NCBI GenBank assembly: GCA_963836755.1
Contig: CAWIKF010000001.1
Span: 544,001-608,000 of the forward strand
Length of the DNA stretch: 64,000 nucleotides
Reading direction: 5' to 3'
Source of the DNA: an uncultured Verrucomicrobiae bacterium
GTDB taxonomy: Bacteria; Verrucomicrobiota; Verrucomicrobiia; Chthoniobacterales; Chthoniobacteraceae
The notes below the pieces were generated by a model. It was not told the origin of the DNA. It searched no databases and saw nothing but the letters and a program-made list of their open reading frames with translations. A program made the translations under genes and the position numbers. Every line of letters begins with the position of its first letter. The first letter of the stretch is position 1. Below are positions 31,783 to 42,051 of the stretch, in pieces.

Positions 31783-32748
31783 CTAGCGGCTGACGTCTTG
31801 TCGGAACGCGCTGATGGACGCTTTCATGTCGCTCTGGATCATGAACGATGCAATTTTCCGCTTGAGCCCGAAGCCGCCCGCGAGGCCGGGTGCCGAGACG
31901 AGGTCGCCCTCCCAAACGAGGCTGCCGCCGTGCCACGGCCAGATCTCCGCGCACGTGAGTGCGGTGAGGTAGCCGCTGCTGACATAAAAGTCGGCGTCTA
32001 GAATCTGCCAATGATCGCCGGCGTTGCGCACAAAGATCGCGCCGAGATCCACGGCCGCGAGTTTGTCGACTTTTGAGTTGCTCCAATAATATGCGGTGGG
32101 CTGGTGGGGAGATTTCAGGTTTTTGAGCAACTCGTCGAATCGCGCCGCGATGCGCGGTTCCTCTGCGAGCAAACTTTTGAGCTCAGCGGGAATGCTGAAA
32201 TTTTCTCCGCCGGTGACTGATGGCGGCAACGTGGCGAGTCCACCTGTGGCGAAATCGTGCAAGCGCGTGCGCAAAGCGTCCGCCCAAAATCGGCGCGCAT
32301 CGCGCGGGTTTGCGGCGGCGCGGATGTTGGCGACCTCGGCTGCGCTGAGCTGGAGGCTGGAAGGATCGGCCATCGCCGCGAGCAGTCGTTTCATCGCGTC
32401 GTTGTGCGGGTTGATTTTGATGGAGTCAAAGTTCGCATCGGCTTCCCCTTGAAAGGCGCGATATTGGAAAACATCGAGATCCTTGTGCGGCGCGGGATTC
32501 CAAGTCGGGAGGGTTTGCGCGACTTTTGCCGCCGGTTGCGCGACGAAGTAAATCGCCTGGCTGGAGATGCCGCGGGCGAAGTTCATGGAAGTGTTTGTCT
32601 GCGTGAGAATTTCGCCTTTGACCAGCGGCGCCGTATCGATTTTTCCAAAGGAGTCAAAGCGGGCGATGGCCGCGGGTGCATCATCGGCGCGCGCGATCAG
32701 CGGGAAGATGGCGAGAAGGATTGCGACGGCGCGGAGAAGAAACTGCAT
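31783..32748 (-). CDS. Exported hypothetical protein
   Basis: Signal peptide MQFLLRAVAILLAIFPLIARA; long uninterrupted ORF. Confidence 0.65.
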   Translation of the reverse strand: MQFLLRAVAILLAIFPLIARADDAPAAIARFDSFGKIDTAPLVKGEILTQTNTSMNFARGISSQAIYFVAQPAAKVAQTLPTWNPAPHKDLDVFQYRAFQGEADANFDSIKINPHNDAMKRLLAAMADPSSLQLSAAEVANIRAAANPRDARRFWADALRTRLHDFATGGLATLPPSVTGGENFSIPAELKSLLAEEPRIAARFDELLKNLKSPHQPTAYYWSNSKVDKLAAVDLGAIFVRNAGDHWQILDADFYVSSGYLTALTCAEIWPWHGGSLVWEGDLVSAPGLAGGFGLKRKIASFMIQSDMKASISAFRQDVSR

Positions 32749-32814
32749 TACGAATTTGTTAAAGTGGAGTGGCTGGCTTGACAACTCCCGAGCCGCTGGG
32801 ACTACTCACATGCC

Positions 32815-33708
32815 ATGCGCGCAGCTTCGTCATGGCACGTCGATCTCGATGGCGCGTGGTCTCGCGGGGCGGCGCCGGGCGCGTTTTTTTTTGACGCGCG
32901 GGAATGGGGCCCGGGCCTGCGCTACAGCACGACTCGCGGGCTGGTGAACGATTTTTACGAACACGTCGCTCCATCGATCTCGCCGTTCACGCTGTATGGC
33001 TCGGGCGATTTTCACTACCTGACGGCGCTTTGGCTGCGGCAGATCGAGGAGCCGTTCACGCTGGTCTCGTTTGACAATCATCCCGACTGGGACGTGCGCC
33101 CGCCGTATTGGTGCTGCGGGACGTGGATCAATCGCGCGCTCACGCTGCCGCAACTGCGGGACGTGGCGATCTGGGGTTGCGGGAATTTCGAGCTCGACTG
33201 GCCGAATCGGCTCTTTGCAAATCACGGCGCGTTGCGTGCAAACCGGCTTCAGGTCTGGCCTTGGGCCGCGCGCGTGTCAGCTTCGGCGCGAAAAAAATGG
33301 CCGGGGATCAACGACGAAGATTGGCGTCAAAAGTTTGAGACTTTTGCCGCGGCGCTCGCGGGCGGAAAAGTTTACGTGACCGTGGATTTCGATTGTCTGC
33401 GCGCGGAAGAGGCGACGACGAACTGGGAAAATGGCTTGTTCACGGCCGCAGGAATCGCGTGGGCTCTCGGGCGTTTGCGCCAGCACGCGGAAATTATCGG
33501 CGGCGATGTGTGCGGCGCGTATTCGCCAGCGCGTTACATCCGTTTTAAACAACGGATCGAAGCGAATCTCGATCATCCAAACATTGGGAACGTTGATTCC
33601 GAAGCTGCGGAGGGGCGGAATTTACGCGCGCTGCGGATGATCTGGCCGGCGTTAACTGGCCGAGACGAGAACCACGCCGAGGCTAATGAGCAAAACGCCA
33701 ATCCATAG
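32815..33708 (+). CDS. Arginase/ureohydrolase-fold protein
   Basis: GSGDFHY, SFDNHPD, VYVTVDFDCL, TNWENG, IIGGDVCG. Confidence 0.75.
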   Translation: MRAASSWHVDLDGAWSRGAAPGAFFFDAREWGPGLRYSTTRGLVNDFYEHVAPSISPFTLYGSGDFHYLTALWLRQIEEPFTLVSFDNHPDWDVRPPYWCCGTWINRALTLPQLRDVAIWGCGNFELDWPNRLFANHGALRANRLQVWPWAARVSASARKKWPGINDEDWRQKFETFAAALAGGKVYVTVDFDCLRAEEATTNWENGLFTAAGIAWALGRLRQHAEIIGGDVCGAYSPARYIRFKQRIEANLDHPNIGNVDSEAAEGRNLRALRMIWPALTGRDENHAEANEQNANP

Positions 33709-33993
33709 AGTGAGCGTCATTTTTTCTTTCAGGAAAATGGAGGCGGTAATGACGATCAAAATCGGGCTCAGCCCCTCGAACGGATAAAGATAGCTCAGAT
33801 TCCGAAACCTAGCCAGCAGTCCAAGCCAAACAAAGAACGCCAGCGCTTTCACCGCGATCCCGCTCATGAAAATGCCAAGAAATTTTGCCCGCGGCGTGCT
33901 TTCGGGCTGGCTCATGGCGTGTTTGAAAAAAATCTGTCCCGCCACGGAACTGCCTTCTGAAAGCAGGATGAGCAGGAATGCCGCCAGCGTCAC
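33652..33993 (-). CDS. SMR/EamA-type small transporter (ArnE-like)
   Basis: GQIFFKHAM, LSYLYPF, FLKEKMT; GTGA overlap with the upstream gene. Confidence 0.75.
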   Translation of the reverse strand: MTLAAFLLILLSEGSSVAGQIFFKHAMSQPESTPRAKFLGIFMSGIAVKALAFFVWLGLLARFRNLSYLYPFEGLSPILIVITASIFLKEKMTLTLWIGVLLISLGVVLVSAS

Positions 33994-34418
33994 AGCCGGT
34001 CCTCGATCTTCATCAACGGCTTCGCGATGACCACAACGCCGACGATCACCAACAAAATACCTCCCCAGCGCAGCGGAGGAATATTTTCGCGGAAAAAAAT
34101 CCACGATGCGAGCGGGACGAGCGCATAACCCGCGCCCGTGAGGTTATAAGCAATATTCAGCGGCACGGAGCGCAAGGCATACAGCCATGAGACGAGGCTC
34201 GCGATCATCGCCAGGATGCCGAGCCAGACCCAGCCGGATTTCAGCCCGGTGAAGCCCAGAACCGCATCATGCACCGTTTCATCCGCTCCGCGTTTCATGA
34301 AAAGCTGCGACGCCGCGGAGAGCACGATGCTGATCGAGATCTGGACGTAGGGATTTACAAACCAATGAGCGCGGGCGGGAACGATTTCCGATGGAGGCTG
34401 AGTGTCGGGTGCCAACAT
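33990..34418 (-). CDS. SMR/EamA-type small transporter (ArnF-like)
   Basis: SQLFMKRG, SWLYALRSVPLNIAY, FFRENIPPLRWGGILL. Confidence 0.75.
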   Translation of the reverse strand: MLAPDTQPPSEIVPARAHWFVNPYVQISISIVLSAASQLFMKRGADETVHDAVLGFTGLKSGWVWLGILAMIASLVSWLYALRSVPLNIAYNLTGAGYALVPLASWIFFRENIPPLRWGGILLVIVGVVVIAKPLMKIEDRL

Positions 34419-34497
34419 TTGAGCGGCCGAGTCTAGGAACGGCTGCGCGCTTTGTCCACCGCTTGCGCAACCGTGTGAAACGCGCTAAATGCGGGGA

Positions 34498-35394
34498 ATG
34501 AAGATGCTCGCGCACAAGACCGCCGACTGGATTCCCGTGACCTGCGCGCTCGCCCACGCGGCCTATCTGGTCGGTCTGTTCCTGATTTTCCCGCACACGC
34601 CGTGGTGGCTACTCTGCATCCTCGGTTTCATCTACTCGGTCAGCATTTCCTGGAACATTAACGGCATCGCTCACAACTTCATTCACAATCCGTATTTCCG
34701 ATGGGAGCCGCTGAACTACGCCTTTAGCTGGCTGCTCTCAGTCACGATGGGATTTTCGCAGCAGTTCTATGAGCTGATTCATAACCGTCATCATCAGGGC
34801 AATAGCGACCGGCCCGATGAGCATGGTGAAACTGCTGATCCGCTTTCCATTTATAAGCACGGGCATGATGGTGAGGCGGAAAGCGTCTGGACCTATACTT
34901 TTTTCGGCTACTTCCGCGACGATCCAAAGGCGATCTATCGCGACATTGCGAAGCGGCATCCTTTCAGCGCAAAGTTCGGGGTCTTTGAAATTGTCTCGTG
35001 GGTCCTGCTCGTGATCGCTTGCTTCCTACTGAACTGGAAGTTCATGCTTTTCTTTTTCCCGTTTTACTATTTCGGCCATTGCCTTTCCTACCTCAATGGC
35101 TACTTCCTTCACTACGGCGGAAATCCGGACGTGCCGCTCGCCTGGGGAGTGAGCAGCTATCACAAACTTTATAACTTAATCTGGTTCAACAACGGCTATC
35201 ACGCAGAGCATCATTACAAGCCAAAGGTTCACTGGACTGAGATGAGAGCCCTACATGAAAAGATCAAGGATGAGCAGCGCCGCGCGGGCGTTCGCGTAAT
35301 CAAGCCGCCGCACGCGCTCGCGTTTCTCGACCCGGATCTGCCGGCGAAAAGTCGCCCGCTAGCGCCAGACCTACAGGCCGCACGGCAGGCCTGA
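34498..35394 (+). CDS. Fatty acid desaturase-family membrane di-iron protein
   Basis: Three His boxes: HNFIH, HNRHH, YHAEHH. Confidence 0.85.
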   Translation: MKMLAHKTADWIPVTCALAHAAYLVGLFLIFPHTPWWLLCILGFIYSVSISWNINGIAHNFIHNPYFRWEPLNYAFSWLLSVTMGFSQQFYELIHNRHHQGNSDRPDEHGETADPLSIYKHGHDGEAESVWTYTFFGYFRDDPKAIYRDIAKRHPFSAKFGVFEIVSWVLLVIACFLLNWKFMLFFFPFYYFGHCLSYLNGYFLHYGGNPDVPLAWGVSSYHKLYNLIWFNNGYHAEHHYKPKVHWTEMRALHEKIKDEQRRAGVRVIKPPHALAFLDPDLPAKSRPLAPDLQAARQA

Positions 35395-35402
35395 GCTGCG
35401 AG

Positions 35403-36608
35403 CTAGAGTTCATGCGCGTTGTGAAAACGCTGAATCGTCGCGTCGTGACGAGTAGGTTCCAGATATTGGATCGCAATCTTAAAAAGAGGATTGAATAACG
35501 GCGACGTGTGCCGCGCGTAAAGGTCTTGCGGAGCCAGATCCAAACGTAGGTGCAATTTTGGATCGTAGTTCAAAGGCCCCGTGTGGTAGCGCTTCAACCC
35601 ATGTTCCATTGCCCATTGGACGACATCGCGCCACGTGACGAAATACATCTGCAAGTCGAGAGAAACGGCATAGTCCATTCCAACATTCAAATCGTAGATG
35701 GTATCCTCATGCACAAGGCACAAGTTGAAGGCAATGATTCGTCCGTTTTGCCTCCACAAAAAGTAGCGCACGCGGTCAGGCATCCTTTGGCCAAGCATGC
35801 ATAAATATTCGCGCGTCAACTCCTCGAATTGAAACTCGGAGCGCTGAAAAGTTTGGAGGTATAACGAATATATGTCATCGACGATCGGTGTGACATCGGA
35901 AACTACTTCCATCGTAAGCTCCACATCCTTGGTTTCCCTCAACTTTCGACGAAGGTTTTTGCGAAAGACTTTTCCGAGCTTGCGCTGCATATAGTCTTCG
36001 AAGCTGGTGAACTCAAGATCAAGCTTCGCTGCCGGCATGCTGGGAACCCGCTTGTAGTCGTTGTCTAAGAACGTCGCCAGTGCCGAACGATAATCCGAGG
36101 GAAAGTCCTTCAAGAGAATGATCGAGGCCTTTCCCCGCGCATAGCTATTCATGGCTTCATGCAAGGCCTCGACGGCCCATAATTCGGTGCTATCGAGCTG
36201 CCCCTCACCGGCCGCACAACCAACCATCATCATTTTCAGGCTTAGGAAACGCGGCCAGATTTTACGTGCCATTCCTACGATCTTCCGCAGACTCTTTGGC
36301 AACCCAACAGTGAGATCTTGAACCACGAAGAAGAAAGGCTGGATGGTCACCGCGCCCGAGCGATCGTTTTCTAAAATGAAGTAACGGTAGTCGAACTGCG
36401 GCAGAGTCTCTTCGACCGTCTCGTAATAACGATAGTCCTTTGCATGGCCGGAAAGAAGCCGCATCCAGCACTCTGGACGGATTTGTTTCGAGGAAGCGAC
36501 CACATGCGCCATCCCATGCTTCGTCTTGATTGATGTCGATTTTCCTTGCAACGAGTCGCTGCCTGCGGGGAGGCAGGAAAGCAGCGAAGATTCAAATGCG
36601 GATTCCAT
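35403..36608 (-). CDS. GNAT/FemAB-like acyltransferase
   Basis: FTSFEDYM...RKNLRRKL, IIAFNLCL, YHTGPLNYDPKLHL. Start uncertain. Confidence 0.75.
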   Translation of the reverse strand: MESAFESSLLSCLPAGSDSLQGKSTSIKTKHGMAHVVASSKQIRPECWMRLLSGHAKDYRYYETVEETLPQFDYRYFILENDRSGAVTIQPFFFVVQDLTVGLPKSLRKIVGMARKIWPRFLSLKMMMVGCAAGEGQLDSTELWAVEALHEAMNSYARGKASIILLKDFPSDYRSALATFLDNDYKRVPSMPAAKLDLEFTSFEDYMQRKLGKVFRKNLRRKLRETKDVELTMEVVSDVTPIVDDIYSLYLQTFQRSEFQFEELTREYLCMLGQRMPDRVRYFLWRQNGRIIAFNLCLVHEDTIYDLNVGMDYAVSLDLQMYFVTWRDVVQWAMEHGLKRYHTGPLNYDPKLHLRLDLAPQDLYARHTSPLFNPLFKIAIQYLEPTRHDATIQRFHNAHEL

Positions 36609-36683
36609 GAAGAGATAACAACTCGTCTACGATCTTCTTTGCGTCTTTCAGGCCAATTACACAGAAATTAAACTACAATGAAT

Positions 36684-37865
36684 TCACTCTTGGATTCGCT
36701 GCAGCAGAACTCCTGCGCCGGCGCATGTGAACAGTGCTCCCAAGGCTAGAAAGACGATGTCACCCATGATGTAGGTGATCGGGGCATTATGCATATTGAT
36801 CAATCGAAAGGCGTGGCAAAAGTGAGTGAGCGGAAATGTTTGGGAAATAACTCGAATTGCAGACGGCAGTTGCTCAAGTGGAGCAAAAGCACCTGAAAGC
36901 GGAAAGACGGGCAGGAGATAGAAAACCGCGAGCTGAATCGCCTGTGTCTGGGTGTGGCAGAAAGCGGAAATCAATAAGCCAAGACCTAGCGAACAACACA
37001 GGAAGAGAAAGCAGATGAGACCTAGAATCATAGGCTGTCGAAATGCCGTATGGAAGTGAAAGTAGGCGACAGCAATGGTAGTCGCTATCAGGAACAAGGA
37101 GAGGACCAGGTAAGGAAATACCTTGCCTATAACAATCTCACTGCGGCGCAATGAAGTGACCATCAGTTGATACAGTGTTCCTGACTCCCGCTCACGAGCG
37201 ATTGTGCAAGCCATCAAAGTAACCGTGAGAAGTTGCAGGATGAGACCTATGATCCCGGGGATTACGTAGTCGATGAATCTTTGCTGCGGGTTGTATAAGA
37301 CCGTAGTCTGGACGGTCCACGGATCCATTGCCGAGACAAACTCCTGACGCACCCCTTCCGGCAGCTTCTTTGCCATGTCGAAAACCTCCAGCGGGAGTTG
37401 ATCAATCATCTCCTGACGCGACTGCAGTTGAAAGTCTCCCAGCGCAGCCTGCAAAGCTCCTGTGACCTGGTCGCCAGTGGTCGTGTCGCTACCATCGACG
37501 AATAGCTGGAGTGGTTGTGGGTTGCCGTTGTTTAAACCTTGTCCCCAGCCTTTGGGTATGACAAGACTTGCCTGCACTTTTTCCCGCAACAGATCCGGAG
37601 TAGTTGTGCTCGGAGGCCTAGCCCGGAGCGAGAAGGTGTTGTTGGTCGAAAGGGCTTGAATCAGCTTTTCGCTCTCGGAACTTTGATCCCGATCTTCGTA
37701 AGATGTCGGCACATCTGTTAGAGCTGTGACTTCAAAGGCGTGGCCGAACATTAACGTCAACAATGGTGGAAGTAGAATGACCAGCACCATGATTCGCCGA
37801 TCGCGCACGATGTGCAGAAGCTCTTTATAGGCGACGCTGGCGATGCCGAAGAGGCTTTGTTTCAT
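36684..37865 (-). CDS. ABC-2 type transporter permease
   Basis: KELLHIVRDRR, LYNP, IARERESGTLYQL, LSGAFAPLEQLP. Confidence 0.9.
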   Translation of the reverse strand: MKQSLFGIASVAYKELLHIVRDRRIMVLVILLPPLLTLMFGHAFEVTALTDVPTSYEDRDQSSESEKLIQALSTNNTFSLRARPPSTTTPDLLREKVQASLVIPKGWGQGLNNGNPQPLQLFVDGSDTTTGDQVTGALQAALGDFQLQSRQEMIDQLPLEVFDMAKKLPEGVRQEFVSAMDPWTVQTTVLYNPQQRFIDYVIPGIIGLILQLLTVTLMACTIARERESGTLYQLMVTSLRRSEIVIGKVFPYLVLSLFLIATTIAVAYFHFHTAFRQPMILGLICFLFLCCSLGLGLLISAFCHTQTQAIQLAVFYLLPVFPLSGAFAPLEQLPSAIRVISQTFPLTHFCHAFRLINMHNAPITYIMGDIVFLALGALFTCAGAGVLLQRIQE

Positions 37866-38806
37866 CTCAGCCTTAGCATTCCTGCATAGCCTTGTGAGTA
37901 GGCTTTAAAAACGTCCTCCATATCAGCATCCACCCAGCGGTGACCTTGCCATGCGATGTCAGCGAAAGGCCATGCATTTTGCCAGCTTGCGAGTAATCTT
38001 TCGGGCTCGGCCGAGTAGATGCGCGCCCTGCCGCTCCGCAAAGATACTCCCAAGACACCTTCTGTCTCTCGCAATTGCACCAACGCCGGCATGACTGGCT
38101 CGACCTGCATCTCCAAAAGCTTACTCGCGATGCCTTCCTTGAGTTGCTGCGGAGAATCCTTCACCAGCAATCGGCCTTTGTGCAGGAACCCTACTTCTGT
38201 GCAACGTTCTGCTTCGTCCATGTAGTGGGTCGTGACAAAGATGGTGGTTCCTTGGTGACTTAGATCGTAAAGCAAATCCCACATCTGCTGGCGATGCACC
38301 GGATCGAGACCGGACGTTGGCTCATCGAGAAAAAGTAGCAGCGGCTTGTGGATCAATGCGCAAGCAACTGCGAGAAGCTGCTTCATTCCGCCCGAAAGGC
38401 TTCCGGCTTTCTCCGTCCGCTTTCCCTCGAGGTCTGTAAGGCGTAAAAGTTCAGCGACGCGGCTGTCGATCTCGTCGCGAGGAACATGGTAGGCGCCGCC
38501 AAAAAAGCGGAGATTTTCCAGCACAGTCAGTTCAGGATAGAGGCTGAATTTTTGGGCGACGTAGCCAAACTTTTCGCGGATGGAATAGCGGTCGCGCCAG
38601 ATCTCGCTGCCGCCGATAAAGCCTTGGCCACTGGTTGGTTTGGTAAGGCCGCAGAGCATCCGCATCGTGGTAGTTTTACCGGCGCCATTTGCGCCGAGAA
38701 ATCCGAATATTTCCCCCGCCGAGATCGAGAGCGAAATGCCATCGACTGCCGCGGTCGTGCCGTAGTTTTTCCTCAACTGCTCCAGAACGATGATCGGCTT
38801 GCTCAT
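37862..38806 (-). CDS. ABC transporter ATP-binding protein
   Basis: GANGAGKTT, LSGGMKQ, LFLDEPTSGLDP, TTHYMDEAE. Confidence 0.95.
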   Translation of the reverse strand: MSKPIIVLEQLRKNYGTTAAVDGISLSISAGEIFGFLGANGAGKTTTMRMLCGLTKPTSGQGFIGGSEIWRDRYSIREKFGYVAQKFSLYPELTVLENLRFFGGAYHVPRDEIDSRVAELLRLTDLEGKRTEKAGSLSGGMKQLLAVACALIHKPLLLFLDEPTSGLDPVHRQQMWDLLYDLSHQGTTIFVTTHYMDEAERCTEVGFLHKGRLLVKDSPQQLKEGIASKLLEMQVEPVMPALVQLRETEGVLGVSLRSGRARIYSAEPERLLASWQNAWPFADIAWQGHRWVDADMEDVFKAYSQGYAGMLRLR

Positions 38807-38932
38807 GAAAGGCGCGGCAGTGATAGCAAAGTTTGGCGCAAACGCAACGCGCGCAGGAAAGGTCGGTGCGACGTTGAGGAAGCGCCCGCAGTTTGTGCAG
38901 CGCGGCCTGAAGATTAGATCAGTCGAACCCGC

Positions 38933-39862
38933 TTAGAAAGGGAACGTCGCAGCAAGCCGGATGTAAGGCGCGCCTTGTGTTTCCTGAATGATGTCGGGGC
39001 GATAGAAATCAAACTTCCGCGCAAAGGCATAACCCGCGGTGAATTCGACTTCCATCCATTTCCAGCCGAAGTAATGCACGCCGCCGCCGGCACGCAGTTC
39101 ATAGTATTCGACTGGAGTGTGATTGAGATTCTTTGCCCCTTCGTCGGTGCGGCTATCATTGCGGAACGAGCCGCCGTAGATCTCGCCGCCGCCCCAGATT
39201 TCCCAGTCGTCGGAAATTTTGTAAACAAGCTTCGGCTCGGGCAGGTAAGCGCGCAGATCCCATTTTTCATTGATGTGCCAGAGCACGCCGGCGATCGGCA
39301 GCACGGGATATTCGCGCAGGAGCGACATGGTGACGCCGCCGATGAGGTAAAATTTGTCCTGCACCACCGGATACGCGAGCACGATATTCGTCGGCGCATC
39401 GAACGCATCGTATCGAATGTCATGCGCGACATAAAGGCCGGGCTTGCTTTCGATGAAAAAGCCCATGTTTTTCCCGACCCAGTATTCGAGCGCGATCACT
39501 CCGGCGTAGCTCGAAAGCGTGTTCGGCGCGAGTGAGCGGTTGTTGCCAAAGTCGTAGCGATTCCATTCGATCCCGAGCTTCAGATACCAGTTGCCGCTCA
39601 ATGGAATCCTGTGCGTCAGCTCTACGTCGTAATGCCAGGTGTTCGTGTTGTCGTTCGACTTCTCGTGTTCACTGCGACCCTTGTGCTTTTTGAATTCGCT
39701 TTGAAAGGTTTGATCGCCCTGCACTCGCAATTCATTGATCGGCACCAAGCTTCGCAAATCCGGCGCCGATTGTTTGAAATCAACCGTCGGCCCGGCAAAA
39801 AGCGGCATCACGCCGATGGTGAGGAAAAAGAAAAGAGAAGCGGAGGCGGATCGGTTTTTCAT
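38933..39862 (-). CDS. Outer-membrane beta-barrel protein (DUF6268-like)
   Basis: Signal peptide, aromatic-rich alternating strands, PVLPIAGVLW, terminal Phe. Confidence 0.7.
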   Translation of the reverse strand: MKNRSASASLFFFLTIGVMPLFAGPTVDFKQSAPDLRSLVPINELRVQGDQTFQSEFKKHKGRSEHEKSNDNTNTWHYDVELTHRIPLSGNWYLKLGIEWNRYDFGNNRSLAPNTLSSYAGVIALEYWVGKNMGFFIESKPGLYVAHDIRYDAFDAPTNIVLAYPVVQDKFYLIGGVTMSLLREYPVLPIAGVLWHINEKWDLRAYLPEPKLVYKISDDWEIWGGGEIYGGSFRNDSRTDEGAKNLNHTPVEYYELRAGGGVHYFGWKWMEVEFTAGYAFARKFDFYRPDIIQETQGAPYIRLAATFPF

Positions 39863-40059
39863 GATTCGGCGCGAACGCTAGTAAAATCTGCCGAGCTTGT
39901 ATAGTCGATTTATAGAAATTTCTAGCGATGAAGTGCGCTCCGTGTCTGCTCGCCGCGGCGGAGTTTGGAAGAGATTGCGGGCACGCGGAAAAATATCGCC
40001 GCCGCGATGCGGACTACGAATGAAAGCAACGTGACAGCAACGTCACGCCGCTCGCCGTT

Positions 40060-42030
40060 CTACGTGCAGCGGAAAAAACTCGGCCGATGGAAAATTCCCG
40101 CGCGATAGTTCGCAACAGTCGCGAGCGCGAGCAGCGGGAAATTGTTCCGATACATGTCGTATTTCAAATAAAACACGCGCGGAAAACCGGTGCCGGTCGT
40201 CTCCGGCTCCGTCCATGAACCGTCGCGATTTTGCGTGCGGACGAGGTAGTCAATGCCACGCTGCAAACAGCGCGAATGCGGATCGCCGGCCGCGCAGAGA
40301 CCCATGATCGCCCACGAAGTTTGTGATGCGGTGCTCGGGCCTTTGCCTTTGAGCGACGGGTCGTCGTAAGTCGCGCAAGTTTCACCCCAGCCGCCGTCGT
40401 CATTCTGACAGCTCTCGATCCATTCCTTCGCGCGCACGATCCAATCCTGCCGCATATCTTCGCCGATCGCCCGCAGCCCGCGGAGCACCTGCCATGTGCC
40501 GTAAATGTAATTGACGCCCCAGCGGCCATACCACGAGCCATCATCCTCCTGCGTTTCTTTTAAAAATTGCAGCGCGCGCTGCACGCGGAGATCGGCGCGA
40601 TCGAAACCGATGTAACCGAGCAGCTCGAGCGTGCGGCCGGTGAGATCGCTGCAGGTCGGATCGAGAATGGCGTTGTGATCGGCAAAAGGAACATCCTCGA
40701 GCCAGCGCTTCGTGATGTCTTTGTCGAATGCCGCCCAGCCGCCGTCGCGGCATTGGAAACTCAGCAGCCACTCGAGCGCGCGATTGAACAGCTGGCCGTA
40801 TTTCTCGCGGTCACGCGGACTGACCAGGCGCAGGCCGATGAGCACCATCGCGGTGTCATCGGTATCGGGATAAAACACGTTGTTAAACTCGAAAGCCCAG
40901 CCGCTTGACTCGTGGTGCGGATTCTTGCGGCGCCAATCGCCCGGCACGCGCACCTCTTTTTCCTCGAGCCAGCCAAGCGCGCGCTGGAGCGCGGCGTGCG
41001 ACGGATCGAGGCCGGACTCGCCGAGCGCGATGATGTTGATCGCAGTGTCCCAGACCGGCGAGAGGCACGGCTGGATGCGGAAGTCCTCCGGATCATCCAC
41101 GAACAATCCGGCGAAATCGTTTTTCGCTTTTTGCAAAGTCGGATCGTCGTCCGGCGTGCCGAGTGATTGCAGCGCGATGATGGAATTGAGCATCGCCGGA
41201 AAGACCGTCGCGAGCCCGTCCGAGCCGGCGCCCATTCGCTCCGTCATCCATTCCTTTGCCTTGCGCAATGCGTGCTGGCGGAAAGGTTGCAGCGTCGTCG
41301 TGTCGAGCACGCGGAATGTCTCGGTGGCGGTGAGGAAAAAGTTTCGCCACGTAAAAAAATGCTCATCGCGTGGCATCGAGAGATTTTTTTGCTCGGTGCC
41401 CGCAGGATACAATTCGTGGAGATGCTTTTCGGCAGGAAGCTGCCGCGTCGGCTTGAGATGATTGATGATCGCGAGCGGCATCAGCATCGCGCGACTCCAC
41501 GACGACATCTCGTAGATGTTGAAGAAAAACCAATCGGGCAAAAGGACCAGCTCGACTGGAATCGCCGGCAAATATTTCCACGGAAATTGTCCCAGCAACG
41601 CGAGGTAAAGTTTCGCGTAAGTATTCATGCGCGGGATGCCGCCGAGGCGCAAAATCGCCGCACGCGCTTCTTGCATCCACGGCGAACTTTGCGCGTGCCC
41701 GGCAAGTTTTAATGCGAAGTAAGCTTTGACCGACGCATTGATTTCGCCCGGGCCGCCTTCGTAGATATTCCAGCCGCCATCGGTCAACTGCCGGCGTCGG
41801 ATGTGTTGCACACATTTTTCCTGCAGCACCGGATCGACCGCGTCCGCCCAATGCATGTAAAGCACGTAATCCGAGCAGAGCGTCGAATCGACCATCAGCT
41901 CGCCAACCCAGTAGCCATCAGGGTTCTGGAGGCGCAGCAGATTTCCCTGCGCGAGGCGAATCGCCTCATTCAGCTGCCCGGCGGCGCGCTCAGCTACGGC
42001 GCCACGGAGATGCAAAGATTCCACGTTCAT
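40060..42030 (-). CDS. shc: Squalene-hopene cyclase
   Basis: QW repeats (QNPDGYW, QEDDGSWYGRWG, QNDDGGWGE) and the DTDDTA catalytic motif. Confidence 0.96.
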   Translation of the reverse strand: MNVESLHLRGAVAERAAGQLNEAIRLAQGNLLRLQNPDGYWVGELMVDSTLCSDYVLYMHWADAVDPVLQEKCVQHIRRRQLTDGGWNIYEGGPGEINASVKAYFALKLAGHAQSSPWMQEARAAILRLGGIPRMNTYAKLYLALLGQFPWKYLPAIPVELVLLPDWFFFNIYEMSSWSRAMLMPLAIINHLKPTRQLPAEKHLHELYPAGTEQKNLSMPRDEHFFTWRNFFLTATETFRVLDTTTLQPFRQHALRKAKEWMTERMGAGSDGLATVFPAMLNSIIALQSLGTPDDDPTLQKAKNDFAGLFVDDPEDFRIQPCLSPVWDTAINIIALGESGLDPSHAALQRALGWLEEKEVRVPGDWRRKNPHHESSGWAFEFNNVFYPDTDDTAMVLIGLRLVSPRDREKYGQLFNRALEWLLSFQCRDGGWAAFDKDITKRWLEDVPFADHNAILDPTCSDLTGRTLELLGYIGFDRADLRVQRALQFLKETQEDDGSWYGRWGVNYIYGTWQVLRGLRAIGEDMRQDWIVRAKEWIESCQNDDGGWGETCATYDDPSLKGKGPSTASQTSWAIMGLCAAGDPHSRCLQRGIDYLVRTQNRDGSWTEPETTGTGFPRVFYLKYDMYRNNFPLLALATVANYRAGIFHRPSFFRCT

Positions 42031-42051
42031 CACGCAACGGATGGACGAGAA

